DNA from: Eledone cirrhosa
Taxonomy: Eukaryota
Assembly: GCA_964016885.1 (NCBI GenBank)
Contig: OZ024742.1
Span: 307,396,001-307,460,000 of the forward strand
Length of the DNA stretch: 64,000 bases
Direction of reading: 5' to 3'
In this document: in pieces, positions 53,298 to 64,000 of the stretch
How positions within the stretch are numbered: the first letter of the stretch is position 1
Layout of the letters: each line of letters begins with the position of its first letter
Translations under genes and position numbers: made by a program
Notes under the pieces: model-generated
The model's database searches: none
Told to the model about the DNA's origin: nothing
The model's input: the letters and a program-made list of their open reading frames with translations, nothing else

Positions 53298-55326
53298 TCC
53301 TACTCGGGAGATATAACTAATCCAAAAACAGACTCAGTTTTTATCTATGTATGCTTCATATTGTCATGTTATGGTATTCTATGTTTCAATAACTGCCCAG
53401 GTTAATTTTTGACTTTCGGAGTCGAGAAAGTAAAGTGCCAGTAACTCATTGGATCCATGTAACCACATCCCTTTCAATACATCGCCTTCTCACGAAACTA
53501 CAATTAATGAACTACAGAGAAAGCATGCAAGTCGAGGTTCATGCTGAAATCGACGATGATTCAGAACTCTTACCTAATGTTCTAAAACCTATTCCTTACC
53601 GCCAAAATAGTGGATGATACATGCACTAGAGTCCCCAATCACAATTCGCACCCGGGAGACGGGATAATACAGCCTTCCGAGCAGATTTACATTAGCCATT
53701 CGAAACTAAGTTCTACACATCTGCAGTAAAGATTTCATGTAGGAAAATCGTATGGTTTACCATTTCTTCTGATAACAATCCAGGCAAATTATTGAAAACT
53801 CCTGTCTTTAACTTCAGCGTTCAAGTGGGAATTCTAGAGTTTGGTCTAGCTTACGATTAAGAAAGATAAGTGCCGCAAAATTTCAATGAATTTTGTGTAA
53901 ACCGGAAGGATGGAAATCATAATAGTTTCGATTAGGATGAAATAATGTGTGAAGTTTGATCCTGTCAGTAGTCATAGCTTGAAAGAATGTTTGGAAATCG
54001 GAAGAATAAAAGTAGCAGACAACATCAGTCGGCTTTTAACTAATATTGCAGAAGAGGCGTATATTCTGTCAAAGATATTTTTTCTAATTTTCTGCAGATT
54101 TTCATTATTCTTTAGTCTTTATAACAATATATTAATTTCTTATGAGGCACAAGGCCAGCAATTTAAAGGGAGGTAAAATTGGGCTAAGTTGACAGCATAT
54201 TGGATTTAAAATATATTCTATCGAATCCGTAATGATGAAAAGCAAAGTTGTCATTGGCAGGTATTGAAACCAGAACTTAGAGATCCATAACGAAATAATT
54301 GTTTCTACTATTGGCACAAGGACAGCAATTACGCAGTACATTACTGCTACATTATTTTATCCACCCCGTAGGGATGAAAGGCAAAGTTAACCTCGGCGGG
54401 ATTTGAACTCAGAATGGCAAGAGCCGTAACTCTATGCGTCAAAGCATGGCGTCCGACCCTCTACCGATACAGCCAATTCACAACCCTTAATAACGAAATA
54501 ATGCAATATATTACATCAGACGACCTTACCGAATTAGCTAGCTTCAGCATTCAGTATTGAGAAGAAAGGAGGTAGGTGTATAAGAGAAACTTGCTATCTT
54601 CAATTCAGTATTCGTGCCAAGCGTTACTTATGGTCATGTATGCTGGGTAATGATCGAAAGTATATGATCAAGAATACAAGGGATCGAAATGGGATTCCTC
54701 CGAAGGATCTTTGGAGTAACGTTACTCGATAAAGTACGTAACTCGGAGATCAGAGTGTCACTCCAGATAGATCCTCTACATCTCATAACTGAGAGTACAC
54801 AGTTCTGTTAATATTGGCATGTGGTTAGAACTTCTGAGGAAAGAATCGCAGTGCAGATTTTTACAAGCAAAACTAATCGGCAGGTGACTCTGAAGTAGAG
54901 CCCGAGCAAGATGTTTGGATAACATAAATGAGCTTGGCTAGTCACGATTGGGGACCCTGCCGGCTCAGTAGGAATTGGTTGCTTGTAACAAGACACTCTG
55001 GAAGGTATGTTTGAATACTCTGCACCCAAGACTCTGTGAGGAATAGGCGAGCGAAGAAGGGGATTTACCTCCCTTATATTCCCCTTAAGCTGACAGCATG
55101 TGGTGAGTCTTTTTACTGAGATAATTTAATTAAAAGTAAAATATTTGTACAAACAAAACAATTTTGAACAGTACAAATTAAAATCAGAACAAAGTATATA
55201 TTCTAATTGGTATATGTGTATAAAATGTCGTGACTAATTAAATATGTGAACAATATACTATAGATAGATCAGTGGATGTAGAATAGTAAAATATATATAA
55301 AAGGTGCGAAGTAAAGCGTTTCAGTT

Positions 55327-55516
55327 ATCGCTTCTCGGCCTTTTGGCTAAGATCAAAGTGTAGTATCTGTTCTTATCAGCTTAATATCTGATATGGTCCC
55401 TATATGGGACCATCGATATTAAACTGATTTTTAGAACTTGGCGAAGAGTTAGGGGCTTGCTCAGCCTTTGCCACGGGTTGGCCTGGTATTGCAGTATATC
55501 CAGGATTTGGCCCATC
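55327..55516 (+). ncRNA. RNU2: U2 snRNA copy 25 (variant C137A)
   Basis: Full U2 sequence with GCTTGCTCAGCC. Confidence 0.96.
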
Positions 55517-57545
55517 TCCTACTCGGGAGATATAACTAATCCAAAAACAGACTCAGTTTTTATCTATGTATGCTTCATATTGTCATGTTATGGTATTCTA
55601 TGTTTCAATAACTGCCCAGGTTAATTTTTGACTTTCGGAGTCGAGAAAGTAAAGTGCCAGTAACTCATTGGATCCATGTAACCACATCCCTTTCAATACA
55701 TCGCCTTCTCACGAAACTACAATTAATGAACTACAGAGAAAGCATGCAAGTCGAGGTTCATGCTGAAATCGACGATGATTCAGAACTCTTACCTAATGTT
55801 CTAAAACCTATTCCTTACCGCCAAAATAGTGGATGATACATGCACTAGAGTCCGCAATCACAATTCGCACCCGGGAGACGGGATAATACAGCCTTCCGAG
55901 CAGATTTACATTAGCCATTCGAAACTAAGTTCTACACATCTGCAGTAAAGATTTCATGTAGGAAAATCGTATGGTTTACCATTTCTTCTGATAACAATCC
56001 AGGCAAATTATTGAAAACTCCTGTCTTTAACTTCAGCGTTCAAGTGGGAATTCTAGAGTTTGGTCTAGCTTACGATTAAGAAAGATAAGTGCCGCAAAAT
56101 TTCAATGAATTTTGTGTAAACCGGAAGGATGGAAATCATAATAGTTTCGATTAGGATGAAATAATGTGTGAAGTTTGATCCTGTCAGTAGTCATAGCTTG
56201 AAAGAATGTTTGGAAATCGGAAGAATAAAAGTAGCAGACAACATCAGTCGGCTTTTAACTAATATTGCAGAAGAGGCGTATATTCTGTCAAAGATATTTT
56301 TTCTAATTTTCTGCAGATTTTCATTATTCTTTAGTCTTTATAACAATATATTAATTTCTTATGAGGCACAAGGCCAGCAATTTAAAGGGAGGTAAAATTG
56401 GGCTAAGTTGACAGCATATTGGATTTAAAATATATTCTATCGAATCCGTAATGATGAAAAGCAAAGTTGTCATTGGCAGGTGTTGAAACCAGAACTTAGA
56501 GATCCATAACGAAATAATTGTTTCTACTATTGGCACAAGGACAGCAATTACGCAGTACATTACTGCTACACTATTTTATCCACCCCGTAGGGATGAAAGG
56601 CAAAGTTAACCTCGGCGGGATTTGAACTCAGAATGGCAAGAGCCGTAACTCTATGCGTCAAAGCATGGCGTCCGACCCTCTACCGATACAGCCAATTCAC
56701 AACCCTTAATAACGAAATAATGCAATATATTACATCAGACGACCTTACCGAATTAGCTAGCTTCAGCATTCAGTATTGAGAAGAAAGGAGGTAGGTGTAT
56801 AAGAGAAACTTGCTATCTTCAATTCAGTATTCGTGCCAAGCGTTACTTATGGTCATGTATGCTGGGTAATGATCGAAAGTATATGATCAAGAATACAAGG
56901 GCTCGAAATGGGATTCCTCCGAAGGATCTTTGGAGTAACGTTACTCGATAAAGTACGTAACTCGGAGATCAGAGTGTCACTCCAGATAGATCCTCTACAT
57001 CTCATAACTGAGAGTACACAGTTCTGTTAATATTGGCATGTGGTTAGAACTTCTGAGGAAAGAATCGCAGTGCAGATTTTTACAAGCAAAACTAATCGGC
57101 AGGTGACTCTGAAGTAGAGCCCGAGCAAGATGTTTGGATAACATAAATGAGCTTGGCTAGTCACGATTGGGGACCCTGCCGGCTCAGTAGGAATTGGTTG
57201 CTTGTAACAAGACACTCTGGAAGGTATGTTTGAATACTCTGCACCCAAGACTCTGTGAGGAATAGGCCAGCGAAGAAGGGGATTTACCTCCCTTATATTC
57301 CCCTTAAGCTGACAGCATGTGGTGAGTCTTTTTACTGAGATAATGTAATTAAAAGTAAAATATTTGTACAAACAAAACAATTTTGAACAGTACAAATTAA
57401 AATCAGAACAAAGTATATATTCTAATTGGTATATGTGTATAAAATGTCGTGACTAATTAAATATGTGAACAATATACTATAGATAGATCAGTGGATGTAG
57501 AATAGTAAAATATATATAAAAGGTGCGAAGTAAAGCGTTTCAGTT

Positions 57546-57735
57546 ATCGCTTCTCGGCCTTTTGGCTAAGATCAAAGTGTAGTATCTGTTCTTATCAGCT
57601 TAATATCTGATATGGTCCCTATATGGGACCATCGATATTAAACTGATTTTTAGAACTTGGCGAAGAGTTAGGGGCTTGCTCAGCCTTTGCCACGGGTTGG
57701 CCTGGTATTGCAGTATATCCAGGATTTGGCCCATC
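57546..57735 (+). ncRNA. RNU2: U2 snRNA copy 26 (variant C137A)
   Basis: Full U2 sequence with GCTTGCTCAGCC. Confidence 0.96.
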
Positions 57736-59764
57736 TCCTACTCGGGAGATATAACTAATCCAAAAACAGACTCAGTTTTTATCTATGTATGCTTCATATT
57801 GTCATGTTATGGTATTCTATGTTTCAATAACTGCCCAGGTTAATTTTTGACTTTCGGAGTCGAGAAAGTAAAGTGCCAGTAACTCATTGGATCCATGTAA
57901 CCACATCCCTTTCAATACATCGCCTTCTCACGAAACTACAATTAATGAACTACAGAGAAAGCATGCAAGTCGAGGTTCATGCTGAAATCGACGATGATTC
58001 AGAACTCTTACCTAATGTTCTAAAACCTATTCCTTACCGCCAAAATAGTGGATGATACATGCACTAGAGTCCGCAATCACAATTCGCACCCGGGAGACGG
58101 GATAATACAGCCTTCCGAGCAGATTTACATTAGCCATTCGAAACTAAGTTCTACACATCTGCAGTAAAGATTTCATGTAGGAAAATCGTATGGTTTACCA
58201 TTTCTTCTGATAACAATCCAGGCAAATTATTGAAAACTCCTGTCTTTAACTTCAGCGTTCAAGTGGGAATTCTAGAGTTTGGTCTAGCTTACGATTAAGA
58301 AAGATAAGTGCCGCAAAATTTCAATGAATTTTGTGTAAACCGGAAGGATGGAAATCATAATAGTTTCGATTAGGATGAAATAATGTGTGAAGTTTGATCC
58401 TGTCAGTAGTCATAGCTTGAAAGAATGTTTGGAAATCGGAAGAATAAAAGTAGCAGACAACATCAGTCGGCTTTTAACTAATATTGCAGAAGAGGCGTAT
58501 ATTCTGTCAAAGATATTTTTTCTAATTTTCTGCAGATTTTCATTATTCTTTAGTCTTTATAACAATATATTAATTTCTTATGAGGCACAAGGCCAGCAAT
58601 TTAAAGGGAGGTAAAATTGGGCTAAGTTGACAGCATATTGGATTTAAAATATATTCTATCGAATCCGTAATGATGAAAAGCAAAGTTGTCATTGGCAGGT
58701 GTTGAAACCAGAACTTAGAGATCCATAACGAAATAATTGTTTCTACTATTGGCACAAGGACAGCAATTACGCAGTACATTACTGCTACATTATTTTATCC
58801 ACCCCGTAGGGATGAAAGGCAAAGTTAACCTCGGCGGGATTTGAACTCAGAATGGCAAGAGCCGTAACTCTATGCGTCAAAGCATGGCGTCCGACCCTCT
58901 ACCGATACAGCCAATTCACAACCCTTAATAACGAAATAATGCAATATATTACATCAGACGACCTTACCGAATTAGCTAGCTTCAGCATTCAGTATTGAGA
59001 AGAAAGGAGGTAGGTGTATAAGAGAAACTTGCTATCTTCAATTCAGTATTCGTGCCAAGCGTTACTTATGGTCATGTATGCTGGGTAATGATCGAAAGTA
59101 TACGATCAAGAATACAAGGGATCGAAATGGGATTCCTCCGAAGGATCTTTGGAGTAACGTTACTCGATAAAGTACGTAACTCGGAGATCAGAGTGTCACT
59201 CCAGATAGATCCTCTACATCTCATAACTGAGAGTACACAGTTCTGTTAATATTGGCATGTGGTTAGAACTTCTGAGGAAAGAATCGCAGTGCAGATTTTT
59301 ACAAGCAAAACTAATCGGCAGGTGACTCTGAAGTAGAGCCCGAGCAAGATGTTTGGATAACATAAATGAGCTTGGCTAGTCACGATTGGGGACCCTGCCG
59401 GCTCGGTAGGAATTGGTTGCTTGTAACAAGACACTCTGGAAGGTATGTTTGAATACTCTGCACCCAAGACTCTGTGAGGAATAGGCGAGCGAAGAAGGGG
59501 ATTTACCTCCCTTATATTCCCCTTAAGCTGACAGCATGTGGTGAGTCTTTTTACTGAGTCAATGTAATTAAAAGTAAAATATTTGTACAAACAAAACAAT
59601 TTTGAACAGTACAAATTAAAATCAGAACAAAGTATATATTCTAATTGGTATATGTGTATAAAATGTCGTGACTAATTAAATATGTGAACAATATACTATA
59701 GATAGATCAGTGGATGTAGAATAGTAAAATATATATAAAAGGTGCGAAGTAAAGCGTTTCAGTT

Positions 59765-59954
59765 ATCGCTTCTCGGCCTTTTGGCTAAGATCAAAGTGTA
59801 GTATCTGTTCTTGTCAGCTTAATATCTGATATGGTCCCTGTATGGGACCATCGATATTAAACTGATTTTTAGAACTTGGCGAAGAGTAAGGGGCTTGCTC
59901 CGCCTTTGCCACGGGTTGGCCTGGTATTGCAGTATATCCAGGATTTGGCCCATC
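59765..59954 (+). ncRNA. RNU2: U2 snRNA copy 27 (variant A49G, A76G, T124A)
   Basis: Full U2 sequence with three private substitutions. Confidence 0.94.
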
Positions 59955-61993
59955 TCCTACTCGGGAGATATAACTAATCCAAAATCAGACTCAGTTTTTA
60001 TCAATGTATGCTTCATATTGTCATGTTATGGTATTCTATGTTTCAATAACTGCCCAGGTTAATTTTTGACTTTCGGAGACGAGAAAGTAAAGTGCCAGTA
60101 ACTCATTGGATCCATGTAACCACATCCCTTTCAATACATCGCCTTCACACGAAACTACAATTAATGAACTACAGAGAAAGCATGCAAGTCGAGGTTCATG
60201 CTGAAATCGACGATGATTCAGAACTCTTACCTAATGTTCTAAAACCTATTCCTTACCGCCAAAATAGTGGATGATACATGCACTAGAGTCCACAATCACA
60301 ATTCGCACACGGGAGACGGGATAATACAGCCTTCCAAGCAGATTTACATTAGCCATTCGAAACTAAGTTCTACACATCTGCAGTAAAGATTTCATGTAGG
60401 AAAATCGTATGGTTTACCATTTCTTCTGATAACAATCCAGGCAAATTATTGAAAAATCCTGTCTTTAACTTCAGCGTTCAAGTGGGAATTCTAGAGTTTC
60501 GTCTAGGTTACGATGAAGAAAGATAAGTGCCGCAAAATTTCAATGAATTTTATGTAAACCGGAAGGATGGAAATCATAATAGTTTCGATTAGGATGAAAT
60601 AATGTGTGAAGTTTGATCCTGTCAGTAGTCATAGCTTGAAAGAATGTTTGGAAATCGGAAGAATAAAAGTAGCAGACAACATCAGTCGGCTTTTAACTGA
60701 CATTGCAGAAGAGGCCTATATTCTGTCAAAGATAATTTTTCTAATTTTCTGCAGATTTTCATTATTCTTTAGTCGTTATGACAATATATTAATTTCTTAT
60801 GAGGCACAAGGCCAGCAATTTAAAGGGAGGTAAAATTGGGCTAAGTTGACAGCATATTGGATTTAAAATATATTCTATCGAATCCGTAATGATGAAAAGC
60901 AAAGTTGTCATTGGCAGGTGTTGAAACCAGAACGTAGAGATCCATAACGAAATAATTGTTTCTACTATTGGCACAAGGCCAGCAATTACGCAGTACATTA
61001 CTGCTACATTATTTTATCCACCCCGTAGGGATGAAAGGCAAAGTTAACCTCGGCGGGATTTGAACTCAGAATGGCAAGAGCCGTAACTCTATGCGTCAAA
61101 GCATGGCGTCCGACCCTCTACCGATACAACCAATTCACAACCCTTAATAACGAAATAATGCAATATATTACATCAGACGACCTTACCGAATTAGCTAGCT
61201 TCAGCATTCAGTATTGAGAAGAAAGGAGGTAGGTGTATAAGAGAAACTTGCTATGTTCAATTCAGTATTCGTGCCAAGCGTTACTTATGGTCATGTATGC
61301 TGGGTAATGATCGAAAGTATACGATCAAGAATACAAGGGCTCGAAATGGGATTCCTCCGAAGGATCTTTGGAGTAACGTTACTCGATAAAGTACGTAACT
61401 CGGAGATCAGAGTGTCACTCCAGATAGATCCTCTACATCTCATAATTGAGAGTACACAGTTCTGTTAATATTAGCATGTGGTTAGAATTTCTGAGGAAAG
61501 AATGGCAGTTAGATTTTTACGAGCAAAATCAATCGGCAGGTGACTCTGTAGTAGAGTCCGAGCAAGATGTTTGGATAACATAAATGAGCTTCGCTAGTCA
61601 CGATTGGGGACCCTGCCGGCTCAGTAGGAATTGGTTGCTTTTAACAAGACACTCTGGAAGGTTTGTTTGAATACTCTGCACCCAAGACTCTGTGAGGAAT
61701 AGGCGAGCGAAGAAAGGGATTTACCTCCCTTATGTTACCCTTATGCTGACAGCACGTGGTGAGTTTTTTTACTGAGATATTTTAATTATAATTTAATTAA
61801 ACGTAAAATATTTGTACAAACAAAACAATTTTGAACAGTACGAATTAAAATCAGAACAAAGTATATATTCTAATTGGTATATGTGTATAAAATGTCGTGA
61901 CTAATTAAATATGTGAACAATATACTATAGATAGATCAGTGGATGTAGAATAGTAAAATATATATAAAAGGTGCGAAGTAAAGCGTTCCAGTT

Positions 61994-62187
61994 ATCGCTT
62001 CTCGGCCTTTTGGCTAAGATCAAAGTGTAGTATCTGTTCTTAATATCTTATATGGTCCCTATATGGGATCATCGATATTAAACTGATTTTTTAGAACTTG
62101 GCGAAGAGTTAGGGGCTTGCTCCGCCTTTGCTCCGCCTTTGCCACGGGTTGGCCTGGTATTGCAGTATATCCAGGATTTGGCCCATC
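61994..62187 (+). pseudogene. RNU2: U2 snRNA pseudogene (terminal copy 28)
   Basis: An 8-nt deletion (TATCAGCT) removes the 5' arm of the essential stem IIa. It also has G64T, C84T, an extra T in the Sm site and an 11-nt tandem duplication (CTCCGCCTTTG) in stem III. The net +4 nt agrees with the downstream offset (331 vs 327). Confidence 0.88.
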
Positions 62188-63431
62188 TCCTACTCGGGAG
62201 ATATAACTAATCCAAAATCAGACTCAGTTTTTAACTATGTATGCTTCATATTGTCATGTTATGATATTCTATGTTTCAATAACTGCCCAGGTTAATTTTT
62301 GACTTTCGGAGACGAGAAAGTAAAGTGCCAGTAACTCATTGGATCCATGTAACCACATCCCTTTCAATACATCGCCTTGTCACGAAATTACAATTAATGA
62401 ACTACAGAGAATGCATGCAAGTCGAGGTTCATGCTGAAAGCGCCGATCATTCAGAACTCTTACCTAATGCTCTAAAACCTATTCCTTACCGCCAAAATAG
62501 TGGATGATACATGCACTAGAGTTTACGATCACAATTCGCACCCGGGAGACGGGATAATACAGCCTTCCGAGCAGATTTACATTAGCCATTCGAAACTAAG
62601 TTCTACACATCTGCAGTAAAGATTTCATGTAGGAAAATCGTATGCTTTACCATTTCTTCTGATAACAATCCAGGCAAATTATTGAAAAATCCTGTCTTTA
62701 ACTTCAGCGTTCAAGTGGGAATTGTAGAGTTTCGTCTAGGTTACGATGAAGAAAGATAAGTGCCGCAAAATTTCAATGAATTTTGTGTAAACCGGAAGGA
62801 TGGAAATCATAATAGTTTCGATTAGGATGAAATAATGTGTGAAGTTTGATCCTATCAGTAGTCATAGCTTGAAAGAATGTTTGGAAATCGGAAGAATAAA
62901 AGTAGCAGACAACATCAGTCGGCTTTTAACTGACATTGCAGAAGAGGCGTATATTCTGTCAAAGATAATTTTTCTAATTTTCTGCAGATTTTCATTATTC
63001 TTTAGTCTTTATGACAATATATCAATTTCTTATGAGGCACAATAACAGCATTTTAAAGGGAGGTAAAATTGGGCTAAGTTGACACCATATTGGATTTAAA
63101 ATATATTCTATCAAATCCGTAATGATGAAAAGCAAAGTTGTCATTGGCAGGTATTGAAACCAGAACGTAGAGATCCATAACGAAATAATTGTTTCTACTA
63201 TTGGCACAAGGCCAGCAATTACCCAGTACATTACTGCTACTTTATTTTATCCAGCCCGTAGGGATGAAAGGCAAAGTTAACCTCTGCGGGATTTGAACTC
63301 AGAATGGCAAGAGTCGTAACTCTATGCGTCAAAGCATGGCGTCCGACCCTCTACCGATACAGCCAATTCACCACCCTTAATAACGAAATAATGCAATATA
63401 TTACATCAGACGACCTTACCGAATGAGCTAG

Positions 63432-63814
63432 CTTCAGCATTCAGTATTGAGAAGAAAGGAGGTAGGTGTATAAGAGAAACTTGCTATGTTCAATTCAGTA
63501 TTCGTGCCAAGCGTTACTTATGGTCATGTATGTTGGGTAATGATCGAAAATATACGATCAAGAATACAAGGGCTTGAAATGGGTTTCCTCCGAAGGATCT
63601 TTGGAGTAAGGTTACTCGATAAAGTACGTAACTCGGAGATCAGAGTGTCACTCCAGATAGATCCTCTACATCTCATAACTGAGAGTACACAGTTCTGTTA
63701 ATATTGGCATGTGGTTAGAATTTCTGAGGAAAGAATGGCCGTGCAGATTTTTTCGAGCAGAACCAATCGGCAGATAACTCTGTAGTAGAGCCCGAGCAAG
63801 ATGTTTGGATAACA
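63432..63814 (+). mobile_element. RTE LINE fragment of the last unit, truncated at the Penelope junction
   Basis: ORF 63486-63701 is the RTE signature. Similarity to the unit stops after ...TTGGATAACA (63814). Confidence 0.85.
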
Positions 63815-64000
63815 CAACGATCCCACACCAATACGGACTACATGCAATAGGATTCTGGATAGAGAAATATCCCAATGAAATACCTGACAGAATAGAAAAA
63901 ATCTTCATCACCGAGGGATTAAAATTTATGTTACAGAACAACTATTTTGATTTTGATGGCTGTACTTACAAGCAAATATCGGGGACTGCGATGGGTACAA
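63815..64000 (+). mobile_element. Penelope-like element (PLE) reverse transcriptase fragment, open frame running off the window
   Basis: The frame from 63814 reads TTIPHQYGLHAIGFWIEKYPNEIPDRIEKIFITEGLKFMLQNNYFDFDGCTYKQISGTAMGT without stops. This matches the PLE RT motifs (LYT.IPH..G; L..NYF.F.G..Y.Q..G.AMG). Confidence 0.88.

Larger units (their letters stand above)
1..63814 (+). repeat. Tandem array of ~2,219-bp U2 snRNA gene units (about 28.8 units visible; continues beyond the left edge)
   Basis: The same ORFs and the U2 5' end recur every 2,217-2,219 bp (ORF starts 185, 2404, 4623, 6842...; last interval 2,229). Units differ only by scattered SNPs and small indels. Confidence 0.99.

Noticed and set aside
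1-63814. CRISPR-like array, retron-like RT plus ncRNA system, or a U2-targeting retrotransposon (Utopia, Keno)
   Set aside because: Whole 2.2-kb units repeat without unique spacers. The RTE piece lacks the RT catalytic core and is dead, and no U2 copy is interrupted by an insertion.
1-63814. Whole array as a pure assembly artefact
   Set aside because: Units carry structured shared haplotypes, nested duplications and a divergent edge, as expected of a real array. The exact copy number still needs read support.
63666-63941. 91-aa minus-strand ORF at the array end
   Set aside because: It is antisense to the RTE/Penelope junction. The meaningful frame is on the + strand.

Overview
This is eukaryotic (metazoan) DNA with no intact protein-coding gene. 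Positions 1 to ~63,814 are a head-to-tail tandem array of a ~2,219-bp unit (range 2,217-2,229). Each unit carries one spliceosomal U2 snRNA gene on the + strand: 28 complete copies plus one partial copy at the window start. The spacer of each unit holds fossil retroelements: a tRNA-derived SINE nested inside another of the same family (13-bp target-site duplication, - strand) and the decayed 3' end of an RTE-clade LINE (+ strand). From memory the SINE resembles an abundant Octopus family, so a cephalopod host is likely but unverified. The array shows a 4-unit (~8.87 kb) higher-order duplication, an older ~40-kb-spaced block duplication, conversion-like mosaicism and many variant U2 alleles. 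The last U2 copy is degenerate. The repeat stops abruptly at 63,814/63,815 at a Penelope-like reverse-transcriptase fragment. Notable non-standard features are a canonical TATA box at -31 of every U2 copy and twin ACTC-loop hairpins immediately 3' of U2. The short ORFs in the track are repeat artefacts. All variant calls were made by eye.
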